A stretch of 64,000 nucleotides of DNA from Monocercomonoides exilis PA203. Lineage: Eukaryota; Protista; Preaxostyla. The notes beneath the pieces are model-generated. The model did not search any database, had not been told where the DNA came from, and worked only from the letters and a program-made list of their open reading frames with translations. The position numbers were made by a program, and so were the translations under genes. The stretch covers positions 62,001 through 126,000 of the forward strand of contig LSRY02000071.1 of the NCBI GenBank assembly GCA_001643675.2, in the 5' to 3' direction. Below are positions 25,702 through 38,585 of the stretch, piece by piece; position 1 is the first letter of the stretch, and every line of letters begins with the position of its first letter.

Positions 25702-26195
25702 AAGGAAAGAAAATATTGATAACAAAAATGAGAATGCTTTCATTCATTCAATGTTTATTCCATTCTCAATAAATGTTGAGCAGAAAAAAAAAAAAACAAG
25801 AAATTTTCTTTCTCTTTTTCAAACATTTTTTCAATTTCTTTCTTTCTTCATAACTTTATTTAGTCTTATTCGATAAGAATATTCTTGTTATATGACATCT
25901 GATTTATTCCAATCAAAATTTTATTGTTCTTTTTTTATTTTCTTTTTCTTCTCTTATCAAAATCATCTTAACTTTTCTTCTTCTTTTCTTCTTTTTTTAA
26001 CCTTTCTATTTTCAATCTTCTATTCATTTCATTCAATTTTTTTTTATTTCTTTCTTTTCATTTGTTTGAATCCCACTCGATGTTGAATGCTTTTTGAGCA
26101 ATCCTCTTCTTTCCTTATCTTCTTGTGTGTATTCTGCTTTGGATTGCATTTATATTTTATGTTATTTTATATTATTATTATTATTATTCTTTCAT

Positions 26196-26232
<37 letters not shown>

Positions 26233-27599
26233 TTCTTTCTCTCAATTTTTATTTCAATACTTTTTCTTGCTGATAATCTGTGTTTATTTGCTTCTTTTGT
26301 TGAAAGTTTGAGGCAACTTTATTCATTCCTCGCTATTTTCAATTGCTCTTCTGCAAAAATGATGATCCCTTTTTCATTCAAAAGAAACAATTGTGCTCTT
26401 TCGTTTCTTTTCTTTTCTATTGCAGAATTTATTTTATTTTTTGAATTGAATTATTTCATTTGGTGTTTCCAAAGTTTTGCCTCAATCCTGAAAATGTATT
26501 TATTTTTGTACTAATTTTATCTTTAATCTTTTTTCACTCAAATAAATCCAGATTTTCCAGCCTTCTTTATTTTTTACTTCTTCTTTTGAGTTTTTATTTG
26601 TTTATTTATTTATTTGTTTGTTTATTTCGTTATTCCCCCCTCATAAACTGTTTTATCTGTGCTCAGAAATCACCAAAGAATGCTCTCTGTTGAATAATTT
26701 CAATTGAAACAGAGATAATTTGTTTGCATTGCTTGTGCCAAAAATATTGGTCATTTCATTTCGATGTTGTATTCCAAAAAGAATTATATTGTTTTCTTTT
26801 TCCAATTGTTAAATATCGTTTTTTTGAAAAATATTTTTTCTTTCTTTTTTATCTTTTTCCATTGCTTAATGCTCATTTTTCTATTTTTTTTTCCTTGTAT
26901 GTATTGTTTCGATTTGCATTTATTCAGCTTCCTTCGCTTTTATTTTTTGTCTTTCTCAATGTTTGTGCTCCAGAAATAATTATCTCTTTCTCTTTCTCTT
27001 TTTCTTTCTTTTTCTTTCACTTGAGATTTTTTGTTGAGAAACACACATCAGCTTGAGAATAACCACTCGGATTTTTCTTTTTGATTTTCTATTTTTCGAT
27101 TGATAATCTGTTCTCATTTTTTTTTATTTCTTTGGAGGAAGTTGAATGCTTTTGCATGGAAATCAGAAAGCTTCACATCGCATTTTTGTAATAAAGCATC
27201 AATTGCATGTTCAGACATCCTTTCTATTTTCAATCCGTTGGATTTCCTGGAAAGTGGCTTGTTTTGCAAAATAAACAGTCAATTTGTTTCTTTCCAGACA
27301 AAGGAGAAAATAAAAAATGAAATGAAAGTTAAAATGCGAAGTGATGAAATAATATTATCATTTCTCATTTTAAACCCTTTTCAAGTTCATCTTTATCTCA
27401 ATCGATTCTTCTCCTCTTTCGTTAATTGCAGCATCTAATATATCATAAATTGAAACATGAGTGTTCAGTGCGTTTATGTTCTTCTCTTATCCTTTTCGCA
27501 GAGCAATAACAGCACGCTGAAGGCATCGAAAAAAAAGACAAACAGAGAAGAAAACGAACAAGAAATAGAAGATAACTTTGATATAAATGATAAAGAAGT

Positions 27600-29234
27600 T
27601 TAAAAGAATAGTGATTTTGAGACATTCATATCTTTGATCTCCGCACCAACCATCGACAGTTGTGACAGCACCACCACAAACACCGATGACGACATCACAT
27701 AGTCTCCTGAAGAAACACTCGTGGTGATCGCAACATCCTCCAATGAGAGTGACCCACTCCCATCAGACACCACAGCCACACTCGGTGAAAAAGGATTTGC
27801 ACTTGAGTTGCAATCAACCTTCATGTGCAATAAACCAAGTTGGCCTGTTGACACACTGAATAGCGTTCCTACCGATGAAAGTGTTCCTGTTCCAATCGAG
27901 CTTTTATCTTTGCCTTTCCCAATAACCGAAATCTTCTTTATCCCAATCTCAATCGTTGTTGTCTCGCTTGTGTGATTCCCGTCCATCAGTGTGATTGTCA
28001 AGCTAATCTGTATTTCACACATCTCAAACGCTTTCTTCACTGTCAGACAAGGATTTAATTCATTTGCACCACACAACTCAAATTTATCATTTCCATTCAC
28101 CGAAACATATATCGTCTTGTCCTTCAGCCAATCCTTTTTTGATGTTTGATCATATGTCCAGGCACCTGCATTCGAGTAGTTATACACATAGCACACTCTT
28201 CTATCATCGCTGTTGGTGGAATAGCTTTCGAAAAACGGATTCCCCTCATTCAAGAAAACATCGTATTTATCAACATAAAATATATCATGACCACTGGGAG
28301 GATTGGCTGAGCACTTGCACTCATGAAAAAATAGGAAATAACAATAGCACCCATCAACTGGCCCTGTTGCTCGATTTGGCTCCAATCTCATTCCCCCACC
28401 TTGTGACGAAGCTATGCAGGAGATAAACTGAATGCTCCTCATTTTGAATTGATTAGGAACTCCATAACAACGCATGCCTCCACCATCAGTGCTTGTCACT
28501 GAGCATGAAGTGAAACTGCAGTCAAACACACACGCGCTCTCTCCTCCTCCACTTTCTGTTCCAATGCATCCTTGTACTGAAACCTGAAAATCATTAAGAT
28601 AAAGTCCTCCTCCATTATAATTTGCTTTACAATTCTGCAATTCACATCCGCTGATTCGTACACATGTTGAAATTCCATACACATACAATCCTCCTCCGTA
28701 ATGGTTTTGTGCTGTACAGGCATTGAACACATTATTTTCGATACGCACAGATTTGATTGTATGACACATAATCCCACCCCCACGGCTGTATGCAAAACAG
28801 TTATTAAACAGACAATTCGAAACAGAGAGCTCTCCAGAATTGAGATTGTACATGAAAATGGCCCCTCCACTCGATATCCCGTCCGTAACGGAATCGCTTT
28901 CTCCTGTTGTCTTCGATCCATCCCATTCACACCAAATAAATGAGTTTGCTCCATTTTCCGTTATGTTTTGTCTCCCTGGAGTCAACTTGACATCTGCATT
29001 TCCTTCACATACAACGTTTCTTGTACGACAACACTCAGCGAATGAAGTGTTTGAGGCAGTCAAGGAGGCCAAGGGATTGTTGAGAGAGGGAACAATTCCG
29101 CCATCATACGCATCGCAGACTGATGAGAATGAGCAGCTGTTCATCAGACATGATGCTTGGGTTGACATCGTGGTTGAAGGTGAGCATATATCATTTGCTG
29201 TTGAGATGTTGAAAAATGTGAGTTTGGAGAGCAA
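27600..29234 (-). CDS. Family copy E (KDKTIYVSV-type), with the longest 3' homology
   Basis: 544-aa ORF with all motifs, ending ...EIKDMNVSKSLFF. The upstream frame is closed by a stop. Confidence 0.78.
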   Translation of the reverse strand: MLSKLTFFNISTANDICSPSTTMSTQASCLMNSCSFSSVCDAYDGGIVPSLNNPLASLTASNTSFAECCRTRNVVCEGNADVKLTPGRQNITENGANSFIWCEWDGSKTTGESDSVTDGISSGGAIFMYNLNSGELSVSNCLFNNCFAYSRGGGIMCHTIKSVRIENNVFNACTAQNHYGGGLYVYGISTCVRISGCELQNCKANYNGGGLYLNDFQVSVQGCIGTESGGGESACVFDCSFTSCSVTSTDGGGMRCYGVPNQFKMRSIQFISCIASSQGGGMRLEPNRATGPVDGCYCYFLFFHECKCSANPPSGHDIFYVDKYDVFLNEGNPFFESYSTNSDDRRVCYVYNYSNAGAWTYDQTSKKDWLKDKTIYVSVNGNDKFELCGANELNPCLTVKKAFEMCEIQISLTITLMDGNHTSETTTIEIGIKKISVIGKGKDKSSIGTGTLSSVGTLFSVSTGQLGLLHMKVDCNSSANPFSPSVAVVSDGSGSLSLEDVAITTSVSSGDYVMSSSVFVVVLSQLSMVGAEIKDMNVSKSLFF

Positions 29235-32200
29235 GAGGGATTGAAGATGATGAAAGAAATGCTGTTGAAGATGAGAAATGCAATTCGCTCACAGAAATTC
29301 TTCATTTTTCTGCTCTCATGAGTCTCGCTTCAGAATTCCCTCCAAATGGCTTGCTTTTCCTCTTGGCTCAATCCCGCAAAATATCCCAATAGGATTGAAT
29401 TCCGTTTTTTGCCTACGCTTGTCTCTTCTTCAGCTGCTCCAGTAAAAAGGCTTTGCAAAACCATCAGGTGAAATTCCTTTTTCCATTCTGTATGCTTCTG
29501 CAGAAACATACAAAAACGACAAACGCCCCGGATAACCTGCTCAAAAGCTTTTCAATCGAAGCGCCCTGCTATTATTGACAAAAGCGCTCAAAAACCCGCC
29601 TTTCTTCATTCCATGCTCGTCCCTAGACATTGAACATAACAGCAAATATCATAATTCCTGAAGAAAAAAATAATAATTCTTATTTGAAAAAATCAGACAA
29701 AAAAAAAATACACCTTAAATAAGGCAATATCCTTTTCAATGTTCCAATTCAATCTTCTCCTCCTTATTCTTCTTCTGCCAAACATTCATCTGATTGAAAT
29801 CTTTTGAAAAAACACTTTTGCCTTCAAAACTCATGAGCGTTGATTGATAAATCAAACAAGTTCAAACGTTCTTTTTCTCTTGCCTTAGCCTTGCCATTAA
29901 TCGAAGCACATCCTAGAATTGAAAACATGCTCCGTGACTGCATTTCCCCGTTCCATGCATTTGGAATCGGATCTTCAAAAAAACACTTATTGACCATCAG
30001 CCCATCTGCCATTCCTTTCTTTCTGTCCAATTCTTCCTTCTTTGCTTCTTCCCTTGCCAGAACAGCCGAAACAAAAACACAAGCATATCATTTCCATTTA
30101 ACTGCTCCCCAAAAAGGCGAATAAAAACACATGCATTTCATGATGCAAATGAAGTCTGCTGCCTTTCTCATCCCCATCCCCATCCCCATTCTTACATTCA
30201 TATTTTGATTCAGATTCAGGATGAATCTCCTCTGTTCTTCTCATTCCGCTGTTTCTGCTCAATTCTCTGCCTCTCAAACACCGAGCAGCAAGTCGCGTGC
30301 CTCAAGTGAAAAGACAAGATAAACAAAAAAAAAATAACATCCCTTCTTTCCAAGCATCGCAAAAAGAGCAGAAGATAAAAGATTCCAACAAAAAAAAATA
30401 TTAAATTATTGATAAAACATCAAGGAGGACAAACATTGGATTTCCGGCCTTGCCTCAGACTTCAACATTTTGGAAACAGCTGATCCCAACTCTGGCTGTG
30501 CCGCTGCGAGAAGGCAAAAAATATACCAATAGAAGAAGAAGAAGAAGAACGCGTTTGCAAAGCATTCTGCTGGTCCTGATGAAGTTGAAGCAGATCAAAA
30601 CAAAATGACAACGCCCCTGCTCCTTCCTGTTCAATATACCCAAATACAGACGATGAGGAAACAGCATTGCCTTTTGTTCCGCCATGCAATTCTATCTAAA
30701 AATTCAGTCAGACAAATGACTGAGCCAGAACCCAAATATATCCATCATATTCTGTGTTGAGGAAAAATGAGTTGTCTTCTTCGATGTTCGATAAAAACTT
30801 CACAAAGCTTCGTTCATTTCTTCTAATTGTAGAAAAGAAGTTGATGATATGTTATGTTGAATTATCGAGCTCAACTCTCATTGCTTTGTTATATTTTCCT
30901 TCCTTTTATGTGATAAATATCCTTCCCTTGATATTGCCAGCCACTTTCCTTTCCAAAAAAATACCCCAAACTGCTCTCCCTGCATTTAATTACAAAATTC
31001 TATATAATTTTGTGCAGATTTTGTCCTTCACAGAATTCCTTCTTATTATCTTCATTCAACAAAACATCAGTTGAATTTGTTTTCACCTCTTGTTCCAAAT
31101 AAAAATCATATATCTTGCGTAACTTCATTTATTTCCAAATTGCTATACAATAACAAGCTCCGTTCTCATCGTGTTGCTCTCCAAAGCGGAGATTGGCCAT
31201 TTCAACAATAACTCACATTCCTGCACTTTGGAGAGGATACAGACGGAAATATCTTCACAATCAATTGAACAATATAAATTACATACATTATATCTTTTTG
31301 TGTAATTGATGAAATTGTTGCATTCCCCTTGGCCATCCAATTGACAAAAATCATCAGATAGAATTCCAAAAATATTGCATCTCCATCATTGTCCGTTGTC
31401 ATCACAGGAAATAATATTCCTAGTTCTACAGATAATGTTCACTCACGGATTTCTCATTCTGTGAATGGAATATTCCAGTTCTTTCGAATCTGATGATCAT
31501 TGAATCCATTACAAAAAAGACTCAAACCAACAAATCATTTTAATATTTTCTTTTTCTCGGCAATGGCTGAGTGAAAAGGGACAAGGTTGAGAGGGGTGTG
31601 TGAAAACAAAAATTAAACTAGTTTTGGGGGATATTTGTTCATTTTCTGAATTTCATGTGTTTGGCAGTGTTTGATTGATAAGCGAGTTTGTTTGTGGGGA
31701 GCAGGGTTCAGTTTGTGGCTGATCAGAGAAGCGGATGCCCACAAAGAGAAAAAGGTGCTTGCAGCAGCTATGTTTGATGGGATGATTTTTCAGCAGTTCC
31801 TTTTTTGGAAAAGAAAGGCGAGCGTGGGAAACAATGTTTGTGAGAAGGAGCAGGAAAGGGGAGGGGAATGGAGAGTGCGGAGCGGAGTGTCTGCTTGGCG
31901 GAAGAGCACATTACAAGTGGAATTTTCACACACATATTTTTTATTTTAAAGGGGGTGACAAAAGCGAGTTGGATGTTGTATTTTGGCAGCTGATGGCTGG
32001 CGATGTTTGGGGATGCAGTCATGCTCACCTGGGCAGTCGAGGCAGCACAGGAAAGGGACTGTGCGATTGCTTTGTGAGCCTTTCACGGTGAAAGAGGAGA
32101 CAGGTTTGATGATTTGTTTCATGAGAATATATATATATATTTTATATTTGAATTTATGATTATTTCTTTTTTTTATTGAGGATATTGAGTGAATTGCCGA

Positions 32201-32954
32201 AAGATGCGCAGAAAGCCATCATATGTTGCCTGAGGGATGGCTATTGAACGCAGACTGTTTTTTAAGCCTAGCTTGAAGAATGAGAAGAGGAAGAAATATT
32301 CTATATTTTTTTTTTGGATTGAGGGCTGGATGGAGGAAGAAGGGAAGAGAAGAATGGTGAGAGCGGGGTTGAATGGGCAATGGAAGAGCGGGCGAAAACA
32401 ACATTTAATTTTTTCTTTATTTGGAATTGGATTTGAAAGGCGAAGGCGTGGTGTGTGTGGTGCTTGGAGTGGATGATGTTGGGGTGAGAGTTAATTGGAG
32501 AGAGGCAAACAGGGGACGAGGGGAGCGAAGAGAAATGAAGATTTGTGGAGGTATTTTGTTCTTGTTTGTTCATTTTCTTCATGTATCATTTTTTATTTGT
32601 ATTTGTATTTTTTAAATTTTTGATTAGATTGATGTGTGATGCGATCAGGTGTTGCCAGAAGCGCTGGGGGAGCATGAAACATGGGATGTGGAAACACTGC
32701 TTTTTTCTGGGACATTCCTGGGAAAAATTGGTAGAATTCAGCAACTGAAGAGCGTTTGGCAGAATGATCCAGGCGGAAAAAACTGAAGAGAATGGGAAAA
32801 GAAATTTTTGTGGAATTTTTTATTTACAAAAATCTTTTCGGAAGCAGCAGCAGAAGAGGCAGAAAAGAGGAACTCAAGCTCAATGGGATATTTTTTGACA
32901 TGGCACAAAGGATCATGTGGCAAATAAGTGAAGGGAAAGGAAGAATTTCTGTGA

Positions 32955-34502
32955 GTGAGTCAAGCCCCGTTCCTGTCATCACCTTCCATACCTCTTGTAT
33001 CCCTCTCCAAATTATCATTTTTCAACATCTCAACAGAAAATGATGTATGTTCACCTTCAACCACAATATCAACCCAAACCACTTGTTTGATGAATAGCTG
33101 CTCATTCTCATCAGTCTGTGATGCATGTGATGGAGGTATTGTTCATTCCCTCAACAATCCCTATGCCTCTTTGTCTGTTTCAAACACCTTGTTCATTGGG
33201 TGTTGCAGGACAAGAAATGTTGTATGTGAAGGAAATGCAGATCATAAGCTGACTCCAGGGAGACAGAACACAACAGCCAATGGAGCTAATTCATTCACTT
33301 GGTGCGAGTGGAACGGATCGAAGGCTGCTGGAGAAGTTAGCTCATACACCGATGGCTCTTCGAATGGTGGAGCAATCTGCATGTTCAGCTTATCGTCTGG
33401 AACGCTTTCAGTGAAATGCTGTTCGTTCAGTGGATGTGAAGCGTATTATTCGGGAGGAGGCATTCATTGCTACAACATCAAATCGGTTGATATAACAAAT
33501 AACACATTCGACTCGTGCACTGCTCGAACATGGATTGGAGGAGGGATATGTGTTTATACAACTTCAACATGCACTCGAATCAGCGAATGTGACTTCCAGA
33601 ATTGCAAAGCAAATTATTATGGAGGAGGACTTGAACTTGAAAGTTTTCAAGTATCTGGAACAAATTGCATTGGAGAAGAAAATGGAGAAGGGGAGAGTGC
33701 GTGTGTGTTTGACTGCAGTTTCACTTCATGCTCTCTTACAAATTCATATGGTGGAGGTATGTATTGCTACAATGTTCCTGCTGCATTCAAAATGAGGAGC
33801 ATTCAGTTTATTTCATGCTCAACAGCTGCAAATGGAGGAGGATTATGCTTCAGACCAGAAAAAACAGAAAAGCCTGATGATGGATTCTATTGTTATTTCC
33901 TGTTCTTCCATGAATGCAAATGCAGAACAACTTCAACACCATATGGACATGATGTGTATTACGTGGACTATTACAGTTCACATTTACACTCAAACCCATT
34001 TTATGAATGCTGCACCACAAACAGTAATGATAAAAGGATATGTTATGTTTATAACTATTCGAGCTCAGAGAGTTGGGTGTATCAGCACACGGAAAAGAAG
34101 GATTGGCTGAAGGACAAGACAATATATGTTTCTGTGAATGGGAGTGATGGATATGAGCTATGTGGGGCAAATGGATCAAATCCGTGTCTGACAGTGAAGA
34201 AAGCGTTTGAGATGTGTGAAATACAGATAAGCTTGACAATCACGCTGATGGAAGGGAATCATCAAAGCGAAGTAACAACAATTGAGATTGGAGAAAAGAA
34301 GATTTCAGTCATTGGGACAGGCAAAGATAAAAGTTCGATTGGAACAGGAGCCCTTTCATCGGTAGGAATGCTATTCAGTGTGTCAACAGGACATCTTGGA
34401 ATGAGTCATTTGAAAGTCGATTGTAACTCAAATATAAATCCTTCGCCGAATGTGGTTGTGGTGTCTGATGGGAACTATTTATTTTGCTTAGAGGTTGTAT
34501 AG
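32955..34502 (+). CDS. Family copy F (KDKTIYVSV-type)
   Basis: 515-aa ORF with all motifs; homology ends after VVVVSDG. Confidence 0.78.
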   Translation: MSQAPFLSSPSIPLVSLSKLSFFNISTENDVCSPSTTISTQTTCLMNSCSFSSVCDACDGGIVHSLNNPYASLSVSNTLFIGCCRTRNVVCEGNADHKLTPGRQNTTANGANSFTWCEWNGSKAAGEVSSYTDGSSNGGAICMFSLSSGTLSVKCCSFSGCEAYYSGGGIHCYNIKSVDITNNTFDSCTARTWIGGGICVYTTSTCTRISECDFQNCKANYYGGGLELESFQVSGTNCIGEENGEGESACVFDCSFTSCSLTNSYGGGMYCYNVPAAFKMRSIQFISCSTAANGGGLCFRPEKTEKPDDGFYCYFLFFHECKCRTTSTPYGHDVYYVDYYSSHLHSNPFYECCTTNSNDKRICYVYNYSSSESWVYQHTEKKDWLKDKTIYVSVNGSDGYELCGANGSNPCLTVKKAFEMCEIQISLTITLMEGNHQSEVTTIEIGEKKISVIGTGKDKSSIGTGALSSVGMLFSVSTGHLGMSHLKVDCNSNINPSPNVVVVSDGNYLFCLEVV

Positions 34503-37038
34503 ATGAGCGTTTCTTTTTTCATCAGAGCCGAATCCTTTTTATTTTTTTTAAATTTAATTTGCGATTTTATTTCGATGGGCAGATTTTTGCGTAACGAAAC
34601 TTTTCCATGTTATACTTCTTTTTACAATATTAAAACAGTATTAAACGAATTGTACCATTTCTTATAACGTTTTCTTTTACGCGCATGTAAAAAGAAAAAT
34701 AAACTATTTCTTAAAAAATAGGAAAAGTTCAAATTTTAAACTTTTATTTTTATTTATATTTCTTGAAATGAATACAGGTATTTATTTTTATTTTTAATTT
34801 TAATTTTTTTTTATGATTAAATTTTTTCTTTGGTTTGTAAGCTAAGATGGTTATTCGCTGTTCTATTTTATTTATTTTTATTGTGCTCTTTCAGATTTCT
34901 GTTTTATTGTTCATTGCAGAGTGTATTAATTTCTAGTCAATTGAATTTAGTTTACTGAAGTGTTGGAAAGCCTGTGCTCTTTTATTGTGTAATCTTTTTA
35001 AATTGAATAATGGATGCTATTTGGAATGTTGTAATATTGCTGTGTGCAATTGCAGAAATGAAACAAGGAGCCCTGTCAAAAAATTAAAAAACAATTAAAA
35101 ATCTATCAAAACGTGCTTTAATTCTTAAATCCAGAGTGATGATTTGAATCTGTAATTTATAATCTCAACCATGTTTTTCAAGCTGTATACAGCTTGACGC
35201 AAACTTATTGACGATTGAATATGCACAAAACATTTGTAATGCAGGAATTAATACGAATTTTCAAGTATTTTTTGTGCTGTTCATCAAAAATTGTGTTATT
35301 AAAAAAAGAAAAAAGAAAAAAGAAAAAAGAAAAAAGAAAAAAGAAAAAATAATGTTCAAAAATATCAAATTAATCAAACTCTCAGCTATTTATTAGCTCA
35401 ACAATTGTTCCAATTTATTGTTTTGTTAATTTTCGTTTTATGCCTGAAAAACTGGGTTAAAATTTTTTGAAATTGTGTCCATTTAAAATAATTCAAAATT
35501 CAAAATTTCATAACTTAATTTCGAAACGAAAAAATGTGGGGGAAAATATGAAACTTCAAGCTTTTTCAATGAAATAATTTGCACGGTGGATGAACTTTTT
35601 GTGATCCAAAAATATAAGCAAAACGGGTTTATTCATTCGAATCCTTCACATGTGTGTGATTCTTTTTGAAAAGTCGCAAATGTTAAACATTTTGAATTAA
35701 TGATAATGTTTCTTATTTGATTTGTTTTCACTTCAAATCCATCAAATTTCTTCATAATGCAATAATTTTCGCATCTCAAAGGTTTGTGAAATTAAATTTG
35801 AATAATTATAAAATTTAAGGGATTCAAAGTGAAAACTGATCAAATTAGAAACATTATCATTAATTCAAAATGTTTAACATTTGCGACTTTTCAAAAAGAA
35901 TCACACACATGTGAAGGATTCGAATGAATAAACCCGTTTTGCTTATATTTTTGGATCACAAAAAGTTCATCCACCGTGCAAATTATTTCATTGAAAAAGC
36001 TTGAAGTTTCATATTTTCCCCCACATTTTTTCGTTTCGAAATTAAGTTATGAAATTTTGAATTTTGAATTATTTTCAATGGACACAATTTCAAAAATTTT
36101 AACCCAGTTTTTCAGGCATAAAACGAAAATTAACAAAACAATAAATTGGAACAATTGTTGAGCTAATAAATAGCTGAGAGTTTGATTAATTTGATATTTT
36201 TGAACATTATTTTTCTTTTTCTTTTTCTTTTTCTTTTTCTTTTTCTTTTTAATAACACAATTTTTGATGAACAGCACAAAAATACTTGAAAATTCGTATT
36301 AATTCCTGCATTACAAATGTTTTGTGCATATTCAATCGTCAATAAGTTTGCGTCAAGCTGTATACAGCTTGAAAACATGGTTGAGATTATAAATTACAGA
36401 TTCAAATCATCACTCTGGATTTAAGAATTAAAGCACGTTTTGATAGATTTTTAATTGTTTTTAATTTTTGACAGGGCTCCTTGTTTCATTTCTGCAATTG
36501 CACACAGCAATATTACAACATTCAAATAGCATCCATTATTCAATTTAAAAAGATTACACAATAAAAGAGCACAGGCTTTCCAACACTTCAGTAAACTAAA
36601 TTCAATTGACTAGAAATTAATACACTCTGCAATGAACAATAAAACAGAAATCTGAAAGAGCACAATAAAAATAAATAAAATAGAACAGCGAATAACCATC
36701 TTAGCTTACAAACCAAAGAAAAATTTAATCATAAAAAAATTAAAATTAAAAATAAAAATAAATACCTGTATTCATTTCAAGAAATATAAATAAAAATAAA
36801 AGTTTAAAATTTGAACTTTTCCTATTTTTTAAGAAATAGTTTATTTTTCTTTTACATGCGCGTAAAAGAAAACGTTATAAGAAATGGTACAATTCGTTTA
36901 ATACTGTTTTAATATTGTAAAAAGAAGTATAACATGGAAAAGTTTCGTTACGCAAAAATCTGCCCATCGAAATAAAATCGCAAATTAAATTTAAAAAAAA
37001 TAAAAAGGATTCGGCTCTGATGAAAAAGAAACGCTCAT

Positions 37039-38585
37039 CTATACAACCTCTAAGCAAAATAAATAGTTCCCATCAGACACCACAACCACATTCGGCGAAG
37101 GATTTATATTTGAGTTACAATCGACTTTCAAATGACTCATTCCAAGATGTCCTGTTGACACACTGAATAGCATTCCTACCGATGAAAGGGCTCCTGTTCC
37201 AATCGAACTTTTATCTTTGCCTGTCCCAATGACTGAAATCTTCTTTTCTCCAATCTCAATTGTTGTTACTTCGCTTTGATGATTCCCTTCCATCAGCGTG
37301 ATTGTCAAGCTTATCTGTATTTCACACATCTCAAACGCTTTCTTCACTGTCAGACACGGATTTGATCCATTTGCCCCACATAGCTCATATCCATCACTCC
37401 CATTCACAGAAACATATATTGTCTTGTCCTTCAGCCAATCCTTCTTTCCGTGTGCTGATACACCCAACTCTCTGAGCTCGAATAGTTATAAACATAACAT
37501 ATCCTTTTATCATTACTGTTTGTGGTGCAGCATTCATAAAATGGGTTTGAGTGTAAATGTGAACTGTAATAGTCCACGTAATACACATCATGTCCATATG
37601 GTGTTGAAGTTGTTCTGCATTTGCATTCATGGAAGAACAGGAAATAACAATAGAATCCATCATCAGGCTTTTCTGTTTTTCTGGTCTGAAGCATAATCCT
37701 CCTCCATTTGCAGCTGTTGAGCATGAAATAAACTGAATGCTCCTCATTTTGAATGCAGCAGGAACATTGTAGCAATACATACCTCCACCATATGAATTTG
37801 TAAGAGAGCATGAAGTGAAACTGCAGTCAAACACACACGCACTCTCCCCTTCTCCATTTTCTTCTCCAATGCAATTTGTTCCAGATACTTGAAAACTTTC
37901 AAGTTCAAGTCCTCCTCCATAATAATTTGCTTTGCAATTCTGGAAGTCACATTCGCTGATTCGAGTGCATGTTGAAGTTGTATAAACACATATCCCTCCT
38001 CCAATCCATGTTCGAGCAGTGCACGAGTCGAATGTGTTATTTGTTATATCAACCGATTTGATGTTGTAGCAATGAATGCCTCCTCCCGAATAATACGCTT
38101 CACATCCACTGAACGAACAGCATTTCACTGAAAGCGTTCCAGACGATAAGCTGAACATGCAGATTGCTCCACCATTCGAAGAGCCATCGGTGTATGAGCT
38201 AACTTCTCCAGCAGCCTTCGATCCGTTCCACTCGCACCAAGTGAATGAATTAGCTCCATTGGCTGTTGTGTTCTGTCTCCCTGGAGTCAGCTTATGATCT
38301 GCATTTCCTTCACATACAACATTTCTTGTCCTGCAACACCCAATGAACAAGGTGTTTGGAAACAGACAAAGAGGCATAGGGATTGTTGAGGGAATGAACA
38401 ATACCTCCATCACATGCATCACAGACTGATGAGAATGAGCAGCTATTCATCAAACAAGTGGTTTGGGTTGATATTGTGGTTGAAGGTGAACATACATCAT
38501 TTTCTGTTGAGATGTTGAAAAATGATAATTTGGAGAGGGATACAAGAGGTATGGAAGGTGATGACAGGAACGGGGCTTGACTCAC
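37039..38585 (-). pseudogene. Copy F', palindromic twin of F with 1-bp frameshifts (probably consensus errors)
   Basis: ORFs 38310-38585, 37394-38422, 37431-37811 and 37039-37467 reproduce F piecewise. Confidence 0.75.

Noticed and set aside
26700-27450. Possible spliced or decayed gene fragments here and at 29.8-30.9 kb and 40.6-41.8 kb
   Set aside because: Only short coding-looking stretches with no recognisable motif, not enough to support a feature call.
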